64,000 nucleotides of DNA, taken from positions 506,893 through 570,892 of the forward strand of contig NMRA01000275.1 of assembly GCA_002633005.1 (NCBI GenBank). The letters run 5' to 3'. The stretch is from Phoronis australis. Its lineage: Eukaryota; Animalia; Phoronida. Shown here in pieces: positions 13,418 through 26,538 of the stretch (positions are counted from its first letter, which is position 1; every line of letters begins with the position of its first letter). Under the pieces are notes generated by a model. The model made no database searches and was not told the DNA's origin. It saw nothing but the letters and a program-made list of their open reading frames with translations. Position numbers and translations under genes: made by a program.

Positions 13418-14344
13418 ACTGGTCATGAAAGCGTTTACGTAGCCAGGGCATACTACCATGTGTGGCACAACGCCACCTCTGAGGATTATGGAACGGAATT
13501 GTTTGAGTTGGAGGATCGAACACAGATGAATAATGTCGTGTGTGAAGACTATCTAGAACCTACTTGTCACGGCAACCCAGATATGCTTGACTGCGATTCT
13601 ATCGACTTGTCTTTACATCACACTAATTATAGTCTTACAACTACTCCGTTGTTGAGAAAATTTTTACAGTCGAGGCTGAAACCAAGTTCCAGCAGAGACG
13701 ACTGCAGTGACACAGAAAAGTGTTTGCCATTGGAGGAAGTAGATGGCGCTGTAGGTGGAAGTGAGGAGGGCAGCCATATTGAACATGCCGTGTGTGTTAG
13801 TAATTGTGATGATCAATTAGATGACAAAAGGACAGAGTACTGCAATACGGATAATGAGAGCACATATTCTGAAGACATTTTAGAAATGAAATTGAAGTGC
13901 AACCCCAGTTACACAGCAGAAGTTCATGACTGTAAACCACATTATTTCCAGCTCGAAAATGAAAGACTAATTCCCACCATGGATTTGGGAGAACTGTTAA
14001 CATTAGGGACAGACACTTCCAATGAGTTGCATAGTAGCAGCACTGAACTGAACTCAAGCTTCCTCAGTATTCCTACAAGTGATCACCAGAAAACGAGCTC
14101 AGAAGATTTGCAACATGCGAGTGATTGTAGTCGTGACATTAATGACTATGCCAGTTTTCTTGAAAAATCTTTACCACTAGATGGCTCTGAGTCAAGTGGT
14201 GAAAATACTCACTCAGAATCAGGGGCATCAGGAATACATGTGTCACTGACGTCCAATGCAATGTTTGAAGAACATTCTTCTATTGATTCAGTCTTGGATG
14301 ACANAAGAGTTGAATGGAGAATCTGCCAGGTTAGCATTTGCTAA
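13418..14344 (+). CDS. XK-related protein, terminal exon encoding a ~308-aa acidic cytoplasmic tail
   Basis: ttttcag acceptor at 13416-17, phase 0, in frame with the 13460-14344 ORF. Stop position is uncertain because of the N at 14304. Confidence 0.8.
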   Translation, partial: TGHESVYVARAYYHVWHNATSEDYGTELFELEDRTQMNNVVCEDYLEPTCHGNPDMLDCDSIDLSLHHTNYSLTTTPLLRKFLQSRLKPSSSRDDCSDTEKCLPLEEVDGAVGGSEEGSHIEHAVCVSNCDDQLDDKRTEYCNTDNESTYSEDILEMKLKCNPSYTAEVHDCKPHYFQLENERLIPTMDLGELLTLGTDTSNELHSSSTELNSSFLSIPTSDHQKTSSEDLQHASDCSRDINDYASFLEKSLPLDGSESSGENTHSESGASGIHVSLTSNAMFEEHSSIDSVLDDXRVEWRICQVSIC

Positions 14345-17131
14345 AGACTTGTATCGAACGCAGCAGAACAATTATGTTTTTATTTAGTTATGTTATACTA
14401 TTATACTATAAGTTATACTTTACCGCTGATTTTGAATTTGTATCTTTCTCAATGATACTTTTATAAACATTTTTGTTATCTTGGTGAAATAGAACTCAGT
14501 GACCAGACTCATAAGGTTGAACATCTAAATTCCGTGGTTGGACTCTGTTAAATTGTGCAATCTGAGTCCAAGTTCTGAGGTTGGAGATCAAAACACTAGG
14601 CTGGACTCTCATATCATGGCTTCGCCCTTTTAAAAACTGAAGTTAGGGATGAGACACTGTGACATGGGGAGACTACACCACTCCACCCAGGTAGTAAATT
14701 GAAAGTTCTGAAGAAAAACATGTTGGTGGTGTGTTAATGAATGGACATTCGTGACAGAAATTACAAGTTATTTGAAGGTGTTTTGCAATCGTGTTATCAT
14801 AAATCATGTCCTTTTTATACATTGGCATGTTATACTGCTCATGAGTTATTACCCACAATCCATCTGAGTGACTTGAAGTGAGTTATTAAGCAACTCATGT
14901 CAGGTCAGCTATGGACTTTGTGAGCCAGCTATTTTCTTGGAACCTTTACCTACAAGGTTGTCTAAGGTGTATCTTATTACTGTATATTATGCAGCGATAT
15001 GTTATTATTATATTCTTTATTCCCCTTACAGCAGGTTTGCTATGTAAAAGAATATAATGCAAATTATGTTTTGAGCTTGTTATTATTAACTGGCTTCATC
15101 ACAACTGAGATTTTTGTATTGAACCAATAGTGATTTGTGAATTAAAATATGTCTCATACAATGTACAATTATCATGGCTTCTTAAGAGGAGTAGTTTTTA
15201 CTTTAAAAAGGGACATATATCAAGCTGCAGAAAAATACTTGATAATGTCGTAGCGAAATAAGTATTAGAAATAAGTATTTTTTTAGTTCAAGACCTTATT
15301 TTTGTTGAAGCCCCATACATCACCATCGTTGTTTTTGTTCACATTTTAGGGTGGAACCCTTGCTTTTGGCTCTTTTAATACATCGGCATTAATTTATAAT
15401 TGATAATTACACTTAATAAAGTTGTGGATCGGATGGAGTTCACTGTTTGGTTCGACAGGACGATTTGCCACGCCAAGCTCAATTTAATTAAATGTGAAGT
15501 TTGTGACTTTGCCTTCACCAGATTGGAGCTACATACGACTAAACTATAAGGTCATTTGTCCATGTAGTGGTCACTTATTGAAATAAGTTATGTTGCGAGA
15601 TCAGCGATCACGTTTTTGTAGAACAAGGATTCAACATTAGTTAGATTTCATACAATATAAGCTGAATTTTAAGCCGTATGACTTTTTGTGTTTTGCGATT
15701 CTTTTTGAGAATTTTGTCATAAAATAAAACAACGCTGTGCAATGGGATGTTTTAATGACGTGTACAAAAAAGCCAGCATCGTGAACTGTTCATGGATGAA
15801 AAAAATATGATCTAGCTTAGGGACACGGCAGCGCTATCTTCAAAACATTTTATTTTGATTTTATAAAATAGACATTTGGCATTTCTAATTTTACAAATGA
15901 AGTGTCAAGTTCTTTGATTGCATTTTGGCTACATTCATTTCCAAAAGTTTGATTTATTCCGTTTTATCGTGACAATTTTGACTTGAACTATGATAAAAAT
16001 TCACTAATTTGGGACTGTTCACAGTAAAAAATTATTTGGCTCAAGGTCAGAACTTGTGCAAAATTCTAAAAATAGACTATATTGGCTGTCCCGAATTCAA
16101 GAATTATCAGAAAAAAGGCGTTATTAACAACCATATAGATTGCAAACACATTGTTTGAAATTTGAGAAATATTATGTCTGAATGCTTTAATTGTCCAGAA
16201 CCAAGAAAATTAATTTTTTGCAGGAATTGCCATGTCCCAAATTGGAGAACTTTCATGGTAATGTTTGCTGCTCGTGGCCTCATATTGCTGTTCACTTTGC
16301 TATTTTATGAATTGATGTTATTTCTATGTATTAGACACATTGACTTTTATTTTTGAAGATTACCCAATTCACTTTTTGTACCTATGCAAAGTTGTTACAA
16401 TGTGTTAAACACATAACATATGAGTACTGTTATCTAATACCTGTACCATACCGTAGTTGTATGTTTGTTTGCCGAAATGTTAATGAAGTATATTTATACA
16501 CTTCTTGTGTTCATGCTTTTGGTTTGGGGTTAAGTAGAAACTATTTTGCTTGGTGCACAGAGGGAGTTACACGAAAACAAGGTTCTGATTCAAGTCAAAA
16601 TGAGCAACTGCTTGGCATAGTTTGAGGTTTTATTCACATGACATTGACAGTGGAACACTGCCAATGAAAGCAGCAAAATCAATATCATAACTTGTCACCT
16701 CGTTTTGGACTTGTTTTCAAATTTTAACTTTCAGTACTATTATATAGAAGGCTACCTGTGTGGCATTATTTAGATTTAAGAATTTTTACCCTCAGTCGGG
16801 TTCTTCAAGATCAAAAGTACAGTTTTCCAAATTAGACTACACTTCAGCACATAATGCAATTTTGTTGTAACAAACTATCCTATGAAGGTAGCACATCTAC
16901 TTGGGATGGTCACTACTAGAATGCATTAAAATTCCATTTTTAGGATCAGCACACTTCCATACTTCACAAAAAGTAGTTCCCACAATAACACTACAGACAG
17001 AATGCATAATAAATGCCTACACAGCACAAGCGTGTAATAACCAAATCAGACTGGTGAAAATAGCATGTTACTTGTAGTCAGTCCCCAAGCCCCTCAGATT
17101 GTACGATTTTCAAAGGAAAAATGCCCATATA

Positions 17132-17200
17132 CATGGGCGGCGCAGTACTGAAAAAAAGGGGCTAAAGCCCCCCAACCCCACGTATGGTGCGCCGCCCATA
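17132..17200. mobile_element. Mini TIR element (CATGGGCGGCGCA ends), same family as 35247-35391
   Basis: CATGGGCGGCGCA...TGCGCCGCCCATA termini. The internal ACTGAAAAAAAGGGGCTAAAGCCCCC resembles the reverse complement of part of the 35247 copy. Confidence 0.6.
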
Positions 17201-19439
17201 ACCCTTATAATGGCATGCCTAAGGCTTGTTTTGTTTTGTACCTTCAGGGTGCCCTGGACAACCCCTTCCAAAAATCTGCCTCTGCAAGTGAATGTACCAA
17301 GTGATATGCTTACCAAGTTACATGCAGTTTGTTGTCTAGCTAATGTGACACACCAGTCCAGTAATGTGTAGTCATATAATAACACCTGATCAGTAGATCA
17401 AAGCATTGTGTTGTCGTTTGTTCTTGAGAGAATGTTGCGACAAAATAGAGCGATTAAACATAACTGGTTGTTTAGGCCACTAATTCCTCAAATGTAGCAT
17501 TTTACAGACCTCTTGCAAATTTCACGGTCACTAAATGATGAATATCAAAAATTGATACACCAAAACAAAACAAGAATAGAGGGTGTTGGGATGTCATATT
17601 ATGGGAGTCTGTTACCAGGGCCCTGTATCTCGAAGAGACTATTGCCATGATTTCATATTTTGGCTTTTGGCTTTTAGTCTGCTCCTGATCTTGATATATG
17701 GTACTCAGTATTGCTTTTAGAATTATTATATATTGGTTTGAAGATTATGCAATCACAATAGACCAAGACTCAATAGTAAACAATGTAGATTATACCATAT
17801 CAAGTCTAAGATGAAGGTATCTCACTAAACAACTAAAGGAGGTTTACACCAGGCCTGCACAGAGTTCTGTAGTGCAGTGTAGTAAATACAACAAGCATCT
17901 GCTGCTCTATATGGCAATAGTGCAAGGTATGTACAGTAAAAGGCTATACAAGATGGATGCCAAAAATGCATAATTTTTCACGTACTTTAAGCATAGAACA
18001 CTGGATGCAAGGTATGCAGTTTTTCTAAAAGAGTATGCAACACGTGCTAGTGTACGCCACACCTCAGCAGCGTGTTGCAGAACACAACCTTACACAAGAC
18101 CGGTGTAAAACACACTTTACTCCTCAAAAACAACACAGAAACATTTATAAACAATGAAAACAGGACACGGTCTGCGTAGACATTCTTGCTTAAATGACCT
18201 TGCATTGGTAAAACTAATGTTTTAATGAAAAACTTTTCCCAGTTTCAGAATAATATATGGTGTTCTGTAGTTAAGATATTCAACAGATTACAAGTCTTCA
18301 TAGATACCAATAATGTAGTGGCATGTTTTACTACAATGTTGACGATGGGAATTGTTGCCGTTCAGACATCTGTATCACATGCTCTATTCATTTTTGCAGT
18401 TTCCAACAAAAATTCTCTAGTTTCAAATGGTCTCTAAAATTTGGGACACCAGAATTCAAACCACAGTTTGACATTCTCGACTCTGAAAGTTTGGGACACG
18501 TGCACTTTTAGTGCTCATCATATCTAAAATGGCCAATGTTGCCTCTTTCTAAAATTTGGGACAAGCTCCGACCTTGACCAAATTGAATAGTTGTCACTGT
18601 TCCAAACTGGAGAATTTTTATCGTAGCATGCCTTTTTCTATGACAGAGTACAGGTGTGTTGCGCTGCGCATGTCGAGACATTTCGTGGCATTTACTTTTA
18701 ATTTACTTTCTATTCGCATCAATGAAGTGAGTGTTTCTAAGATCAAGATTTGATATATGATCTGTTTAATTTTAACTCTATCGTTTTTACCTTCAGTGAA
18801 GATTGGCATTCTCTAGAACAGAATACCATCAACTAATGAGAGACTGGGAAAAGTTCTGTGTAAACTAACAAACGTCACAAACAGATAATGTCTTGACCAA
18901 ATATGTGAACACAGAACATAAACATAACATGACACAACATAACAAATGCAACATTGGGTGTTCTCAAAATAAAGATACACGCTTTATGCTAAAAGAATAT
19001 ACAAAAAAACTAAATTACACATGGAAATCTAGGAGTTTCACCGGTTAGCTTTGAGCTGATACAGGTGTCATGCATCATGAAGTTACCCTAGATCCCTTAT
19101 CATCATCAAAACGCATCATTTACAGGTACCTAAATACCCATCATAATCACTCCCTGTCACAAAAACATTTAATTAAAATAAACTTGAAGCCAATCCTCAA
19201 CTCTAGACAAAGCGCCTTCTTAAATAACACAACTGCATTTACAAAAACAATGAATTAATCTTCATACACGCCATCTGTTGGTCACATCACAATTATAAAC
19301 AATGATTAATGTTCCATTTATTTAGCTGCCACAAGAAACATCAATATCATTAAGTATGAAAAGCAGGCAAGAAAGTTGCTAAATAACTTTCACCATCAAA
19401 ATATACACAACAGCAAAACAGAGCTTTAAAATACGTCCA

Positions 19440-20301
19440 CAAATGCACTGCAAACGGTGTGCTTCTAGGCATATCTATTTGCATCATAAAAATGGCCACT
19501 AGAATGCGCAAAAAACCTTGAATCCATCTGAAAACGTTAACATGACATCGTTCTTTAAAAGAAAGCTATTTATGAAATTTCATAAAAATCCAACAAGGAA
19601 CTTTGGAGAAACAGGGGAAAACAGAAAAAAATGAAACTGTCACTAGGGCTCACAGCGACTGAAAGTCGTGGTCCTTCATTGTCAAATTCATATAAATACA
19701 CATGCTAAATTTAATAAAGATCCTGCAAAGGGGCTTAGGAGATACATCCATGGGCACAAAAAAAAACAAAAAAACTGTCACTAGAAGGTGCTGTGCCAGA
19801 GTACTAGAAGTCGTCGGAAAATCATTGTCAACCATCCTTTTCACACTAAGAACATATATGCCAATTTTCATAATCATCCTTAGAGTGGTATGGTTGATAG
19901 AGGGGTGGACGCCAAAAAACAGAGTCAAAAACAGAAAAAAATGGCCACTAGGTGGCGCACAATACCTCAAATTCATCTGAAAACTGGAAGTGTTAACTCA
20001 CTAATTAATGCCTATGTGCCAAATTTCATGACAATCCACCGAGGACCTTTAAAGACACAGAGGTAATCATTAAAAACTAAAATTGCCACTAAGGGGGCAC
20101 ACCAGAATTCGGATCTGTCCAAAATTCGTTGTCATCCGTTGTCAGCTTTGCAGGAACGTATCTCCCAAGTCTTATCAAGATCCTGTGACAGGTTTGGGAG
20201 ATACAGCTGCGAATGCCAGACGACAGACGCCCAGACACTAGACGCTCAGACAGAGATGACAGCAATATGCACCCAAATATAAATATGTGGGTGCATAAAA
20301 A
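19440..20301 (+). mobile_element. Interspersed composite repeat, Helentron/DINE-1-like non-autonomous element
   Basis: Degenerate ~130-bp units each with CCACTAG(G)/GTCACTAG, then a CAGAC-type microsatellite (~20217-20255), a terminal hairpin TATGCACCCA..TGGGTGCATA (20266-20297) and an A run. Related sequence is inverted at 46860-48330. Confidence 0.55.
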
Positions 20302-22615
20302 GGCATTTAATACAGATTAAGCTTCAGTGCATAATTTACGCCAGACTCAGCATCTGGAAGGAACTGATAGTGCAACATTTACATATGAAATACATTACAA
20401 AATAAATCTGACTTCATTGGAAAGTTCTTGGTTATGCAGTTAGGTGGCACTGTGAGTCAATGTATAGAAACAAGTAAATAATTATTCATTAAATGCAAAA
20501 CCATCAAAAAGACAACCAGATGAAATGTTTAAGTTTCAATGAAAAGTATTTAGTTGCGGGATTCTAAAGACAAGATAACGTCTAAGGAAGTGGGACTGTG
20601 TACCTTATGCATAATATAAAAGATATCATTAAAAATACAAATCCGCACACATATACATACTGCCTACATCTAAATCACCTGGAAAGGTTCAGGCTTACAC
20701 TATACAAACTGCCACACAGAACTTTCTGCACGTTTTTTGACTAGAACTTCAGTTTCACAGTGGCCAGTCAGACATTGAAAACAAACAACAAAAAGAACAT
20801 TGAATTTGACACACTTAAAGTTCCCACAATCTTGAATTTCCTGGTAACAGTCAATGGAAATGTATGACCACTGGTGGTAATTTTAAAAGTCCACAGCTGT
20901 AAGTATGGGCAGAATTTCTGAAAGACATGCTAGCACGATTACTCCTGCTGAGTCAAGCGCACTTCACAAAAACAAAAACACTGCACTGAAACACTGCTGT
21001 CAGTGCAAACATCAACTGAACTCAAATATCTAAATAGTTCTTTGAAACAATTGAAATGCATCTTTGAACTGCCCACATGCAATACAGCACAAAAGCACTC
21101 AATACACTGTACAGCATTCCCACAGTCATCAAGCTGTAACTACAACACTTGTCTGAACCTATTCTTAACGCCATAGGCAATAAATACTACTCATTAATAT
21201 ACTCTTGAATAAAATATCGTGACCATGTGGATACAATGCCTAAAACAATCAAAATCTGCTTACAGTAAAAATCCTTCCATTTGGGACACAATATGCTGAA
21301 CAGGTGAAATTTCGTTCAGTCAAATTTCTCAACAAAAATATCTTTTCAGGGGAATTTAATTTTCTTTTACAATGGTTTTATAGCATAGCTGTACCAAACA
21401 TTTAGTATTTTTTTAACATTTGCACTAACATGGCAAGCCTCTGATAAATAGAAATTACAGAAACATTGTTTCTATTACTTTTGTGCCAAATTGAAGAATT
21501 TTTACTGCAGCACGTGGTCACAACATACAGAAGCTACCAGAGATGACAACTTAACAGTTGTCTAAAAATTTTAAAGTACACCTGCTTTTTATTACAAAAA
21601 ATGATTTAGACCCCCTACTATTATGAAATTTGTCTAAAATTGTTGCTTGGTCAAACCGGAGGTGATTTCAGGGCTACCAAAGAACTGACATTTCGTTATT
21701 GCTTGAGATTGAGCTCTACAAGTTGGCTCGTCACTTTGTTTTTCATTTGTACGCCGAACATGGACTCAACAAATAAGTAATTGCAGAGCAGACTTTTCAT
21801 ACTGGCGTTCTCTGGAATAACAAAAGTGCGAAAATGACTTACACTTCATCCCAACTCAGATTTGGTGGACAGAAATTCAATAACTACATTGTTATTCATT
21901 AACTCAAAACCATAGTAATAAATTTCATTGTCAGACACTCCAGCTTTTGATTAGGTTACATTCACTAATTTATTTGAGGTTTTTGACATCAGCTGGGATT
22001 AAAATTATCTCGCTTTATCAGTCGCAGAGACGGATTATCTTTCGTAGTAGAAAGTGTATGGAACGTGATGTCCTTCATCCATGGATTTTTCAAGGAATTT
22101 GCCTTTTTCCGCAAGCCATTGGAACACCCCACTGCGCAGCAGTGGAAATTTTCCGACATTATGACAGCTGAAAAGGCGTTAAATCCTGATTATGCCAACA
22201 GGTTGAAACCTCGCCTCCGCATTATATGGGATCTGTAGGTGGTGGTAATGCCTATCCACCAAAGACCTGATCGCCGTCTGGTGCGACAGTAAATTTCAAA
22301 ATGGAGCGGCTATTTTGAAAATCAGCAATTCTGTAACAGTGAGGTAAATCAAAACTTTGCTTCTTGGGAGGAATGAAGATTTATAGGCAGTCTCCTCATA
22401 ACTTTGGCCAGAAATATTCCCTCATAAATGTTGAAGATTTTTGTTTCCATCATCAGGGCATTTCTGTTGAACATCAATGAAGTTCAAATTTAAGTTACTT
22501 CCAAACACCTGTCACAATCCACAATAATCCCCATTCTTAGTGTTAATTTTTGATTGCAGTTTAGGTCTCACTCAACTAGGTCTGTTATTGGCCTGCGTTA
22601 CTATTACTCAACTCT

Positions 22616-22799
22616 TCAGTCTGAATCGCTTCGGCTGTCTTGCACAAATCCTGTGACGGGAACACCATCTAACGACACAGTCCGCAAGGCATCTTCTTCA
22701 AATATTTCCAATGTTGCTGTGGCACCGTCATTAAACTTGAACGCCGCTCCACCATCAATGACAAGGCAGGCATCCCACATGCGTGATTTGAGAGTCACC
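22616..22799 (-). CDS. NADK2: NAD kinase 2, mitochondrial; last coding exon
   Basis: ttttcag acceptor. VTLKSRMWDACLVIDGGAAFKFNDGATATLEIFEEDALRTV, stop TGA at 22618-22616. Confidence 0.93.
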
Positions 22800-23518
22800 C
22801 TGAAAAGGGGACGAAATCCATGTAAAAAAATTAAGTTTACCAATATTTATTTGGCATTTCTGAAAATTACTTTTTGAACAAGAACATTTAGAGTATTTAT
22901 GAGTAAAAATGCTTCTTAAAGTTATAATACTGACAAGCCCTGCCAACATTTGACCACTTCAATTGAAAGGTTATTTCTCATTTTTAATCATTATTGAAAC
23001 AGCTGCCATAACAATAGGAAACAATTGTTTAATGGTGTCATGTCAGGCTTACGTAATTAGCATATTTATTGATTTCACATCTTTAAACAGTAAGTGTGCA
23101 GGAAGAACAACACTGAAGTATGCAAATAAGACAGCAAAAAATTAAACCAAATCAAATTTTATATTTGATACAAGGAAATGACTCATAACCTTTGTTGCAG
23201 TTGCATTCCCTACCAATTATTTTGTAAAAATTTAAATCCGTGTTTCGAGATCTAAGACCATGATTTGTTTTGATGCATAACATAAAACTTGGCACAGCTC
23301 TATTTTAGCTGCCTTATACGACAAACTTCGGTGCAGTGACTATACTTCCTTGTCAGATTAAATGGGAATTATGGTGAAATATGCAAAAATTGTTAACCCA
23401 CATCTTTTCAAAAGAAGCTTTGCAACAATCATTTTTTTAACTCCCAATTACTCTGGTAATTAGTTTAAGTGTAATTCATTAAACAACATTTAGCAATTAA
23501 AAAGCACTTGTCACTTAC

Positions 23519-23561
23519 TTTTTTGCAAATCCTTTGCTATCTGCTACTACTTCGAATATAC
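23519..23561 (-). CDS. NADK2: NADK2 coding exon (43 nt)
   Basis: cctag acceptor, gtaagt donor. (G)IFEVVADSKGFAK(K); phases 1 and 2 match neighbouring exons. Confidence 0.88.
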
Positions 23562-23835
23562 CTAGGAAGGAAAAATATCAGTGACCAGTAATACTATAAA
23601 AGCAACAGAGAAAAACATCCTTTCCCTCAACTCCTTTCCATTTTCCAACGAAAACGAAAAGTAGCCCTGTTGGCTCAGCACTTCACTGGACTAGCTTTAA
23701 ATGGATAAGTCCAAGGTTAAGCGTTCCTCAACTTATGATCTCCAACAAACCTCATCAGACAAATACAACAGCTCACTAGCAGTGCATTTTATAGGCAACT
23801 TAGTAGGTTCATACCAAGTGACACCAATACCAGAG

Positions 23836-25799
23836 GATAACCTCAATCAGCGGCTGAGTGCCCGTAGCGGCTGCAGTTACAGTCACTATAATCCTGTTAT
23901 GTCCGCTTTTGAGTTGCCTAAAAACCCTGTGTTAGTCAAAGAGTTGCACGCATTCATCAAAACGACTCTTGCATGGGACTGTCTTAAGCATACAGTAATC
24001 CGTGTCTGATGTCAGCAACATCTCTGATGTTAGGGTACTGAGGAGACGATAAGAGCAGCGAGTTGGCTGGGTGTTTTTTATCCTATTGCAAGTTGTTTGC
24101 ACTTAATATATATTTCTAAAATTGGAAAAAAACTGCTTTGATACCTTGAAGTTAGCTACAGCATAATTATTTAAACATTTACATCCTAATACCAAGATAT
24201 CTTCAAACAACCAGCAATAGGATGCATATTTATTGACCTGCTGAAAGCAGTTAAGTTCACAATATAATAAAAGTAGAACTGTGAGGCAAGGATGTGTTCA
24301 ACTGGCTGTGCTTAAGGTTACCAGGTATGTATTGAAAGAAATAGAAATAGATTTTAACCCGGTAAACGTCTATATTTTCTAAAAGGAGAAAGTCTGAAGA
24401 ATTTTCGACTTTTTGCCAGTCTGCCATGACTTGGGTTACGTGACCATATCTTCATTAAAATTAAGCAAAAAGAAAGTACATTGATTGCAAGACAACAGTA
24501 TCAACAACATGACCAAATCTCATTTCTGATAAATGTTTAAAAACATTGTAGTTTTCTAAATCATCATTTTTGTTTTCGCTTTATGCAATGTTCAACTTTT
24601 TCACAGAAATCATAAAAGTCCTATAACAGCCCCTTAAACAAAAATGGATTAAATATGTTAAAAACTATTTCTAACAGCACTGGTGAAAAGTGCATGAAAT
24701 ATAGTATTTGACAGTTCATATGAATCAATGTTCTTTAAATGGCCAAATTTGGTTATTTTCTAGGGTCCTATATAACCTCAATGAAAATTGCCACCAGGGA
24801 TCAATTGTAATTGNGATAACTTCAATCAGCGGCTGAGTGCCCGTAGCGGCTGCAGTTACACTCACTATAATCCTGTTATTTACGCTTTTGAGTTGCCTAA
24901 AAACCCTGTGTTAGTCAAAGAGTTGCACGCATTCATCAAAACGACTCTTGCATTGGACTGTCTTAAGCATACAGTAATCCGTGTCTGATGTCAGCAACAT
25001 CTCTGATGTTAGGGTACTGAGGAGACGATAAGAGCAGCGAGTTGGCTGGGTGTTTTTTTTATCCCATTGCAAGTTGTTTGCACTTAATATATATTTCTAA
25101 AATTGGAAAAAAACTGCTTTGATACCTTGAAGTTAGCTACAGCATAATTATTTAAACATTTGCATCCTAATACCAAGATATCTTCAAACAACCAGCAATA
25201 GGATGCATATTTATTGACCTGCTGAAAGCAGTTAAGTTCACAATATAATAAAAGTAGAGCTGTGATGCAAGGATGTGTTCAACTGGCTGTGCTTAAGGTT
25301 ACCAGGTATGTATTGAAAGAAATAGAAATAGATTTTAACCCAGTAAACGTCTATATTTTCTAAAAGGAGAAAGTCTGAAGAATTTTCGACTTTTTGCCAG
25401 TCTGCCATGACTTGGGTTATGTGACCATATCTTCATTAAAATTAAGCAAAAAGAAACTAAAGTACATTGATTGCAAGACAACAGTATCAACAACATGACC
25501 AAATCTCATTTCTGATAAATGTTTAAAAACATTGTAGTTTTCTAAATCATCATTTTTGTTTTCGCTTTATGCAATGTTCAACTTTTTCACAGAAATCATA
25601 AAAGTCCTATAACAGCCCCTTAAACAAAAATGGATTAAATATGTTAAAAACTATTTCTAACAGCACTGGTGAAAAGTGCATGAAATATAGTATTTGACAG
25701 TTCATATGAATCAATGTTCTTTAAATGGCCAAATTTGGTTATTTTCTAGGGTCCTATATAACCTCAATGAAAATTGCCACCAGGGATCAATTGTAATTG
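23836..25799. repeat. ~980-bp direct tandem duplication joined by a single N (likely uncollapsed haplotypes)
   Basis: 23836-24813 and 24815-25799 are near-identical, with a few SNPs and small indels. The junction is the N at 24814. Confidence 0.9.
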
Positions 25800-26397
25800 T
25801 ACAAAAAATGGCAGACGCCATCCTCAACAAAATACTCATTCCATTACGATCTTACATGTGGGTATAAAGTACAGAGGTTGACACGAAAACTAAAATTGCC
25901 AATGGGGACAGGATCAGACTGATCTGGGAGTTTTCACAAGCTGTAGTCTCCATGATGCAAATGCTGATGATGGGTAACAACAAGGTCTTAGTTACATTAC
26001 TATGGCACAAAAATTGACACTAGGAAGAGCAGCGCGGATTTGACTGGTAATTGGCAAGCTTGTTCATTTCTTAATAAAAAACACACTGATCAAAATTTAA
26101 AAGGTTAGCACTACAAAGGAAAAAAACAAAAACTGCCAGTAGCAGATCATCCTCTCCTTCTCAGAGATAAGTTTACTAAAGGTTTAAGGTGATATGGATG
26201 CGGATGCTAGACACAGATGTTATGTATGTTTAGGCACATATAAACCAACACTTTTCAATGGAGAAAATTCATATATAAAGTTGCACAATAGCGATGGAAA
26301 AATAGCTCTCCCTTCCTTTTCACAATGCTGCCAATATTCCAAATATCATAGCTTCTGTTTAAGTTTGACGAGTTCTTCATAGAATCACAACACATAC

Positions 26398-26538
26398 CAT
26401 TTACAATGGGATCTCGGATAGTATATGCCATTTTCAACTCTGAGGGGTCGAATCGAAGCTTGTCATTATATACGTTGGTGATCTTCTTAATCAAACTTAG
26501 GTTGTCCACAGGGAAGGGCATGCCAGTCGCGTAACCAG
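26398..26538 (-). CDS. NADK2: NADK2 coding exon
   Basis: tttcag acceptor, gtatgt donor. ...KITNVYNDKLRFDPSELKMAYTIRDPIVN(G). Confidence 0.92.

Noticed and set aside
23701-24988. Two similar small ORFs suggesting a duplicated nested gene
   Set aside because: Result of the tandem (probably allelic) duplication; no recognisable protein features or splice support.
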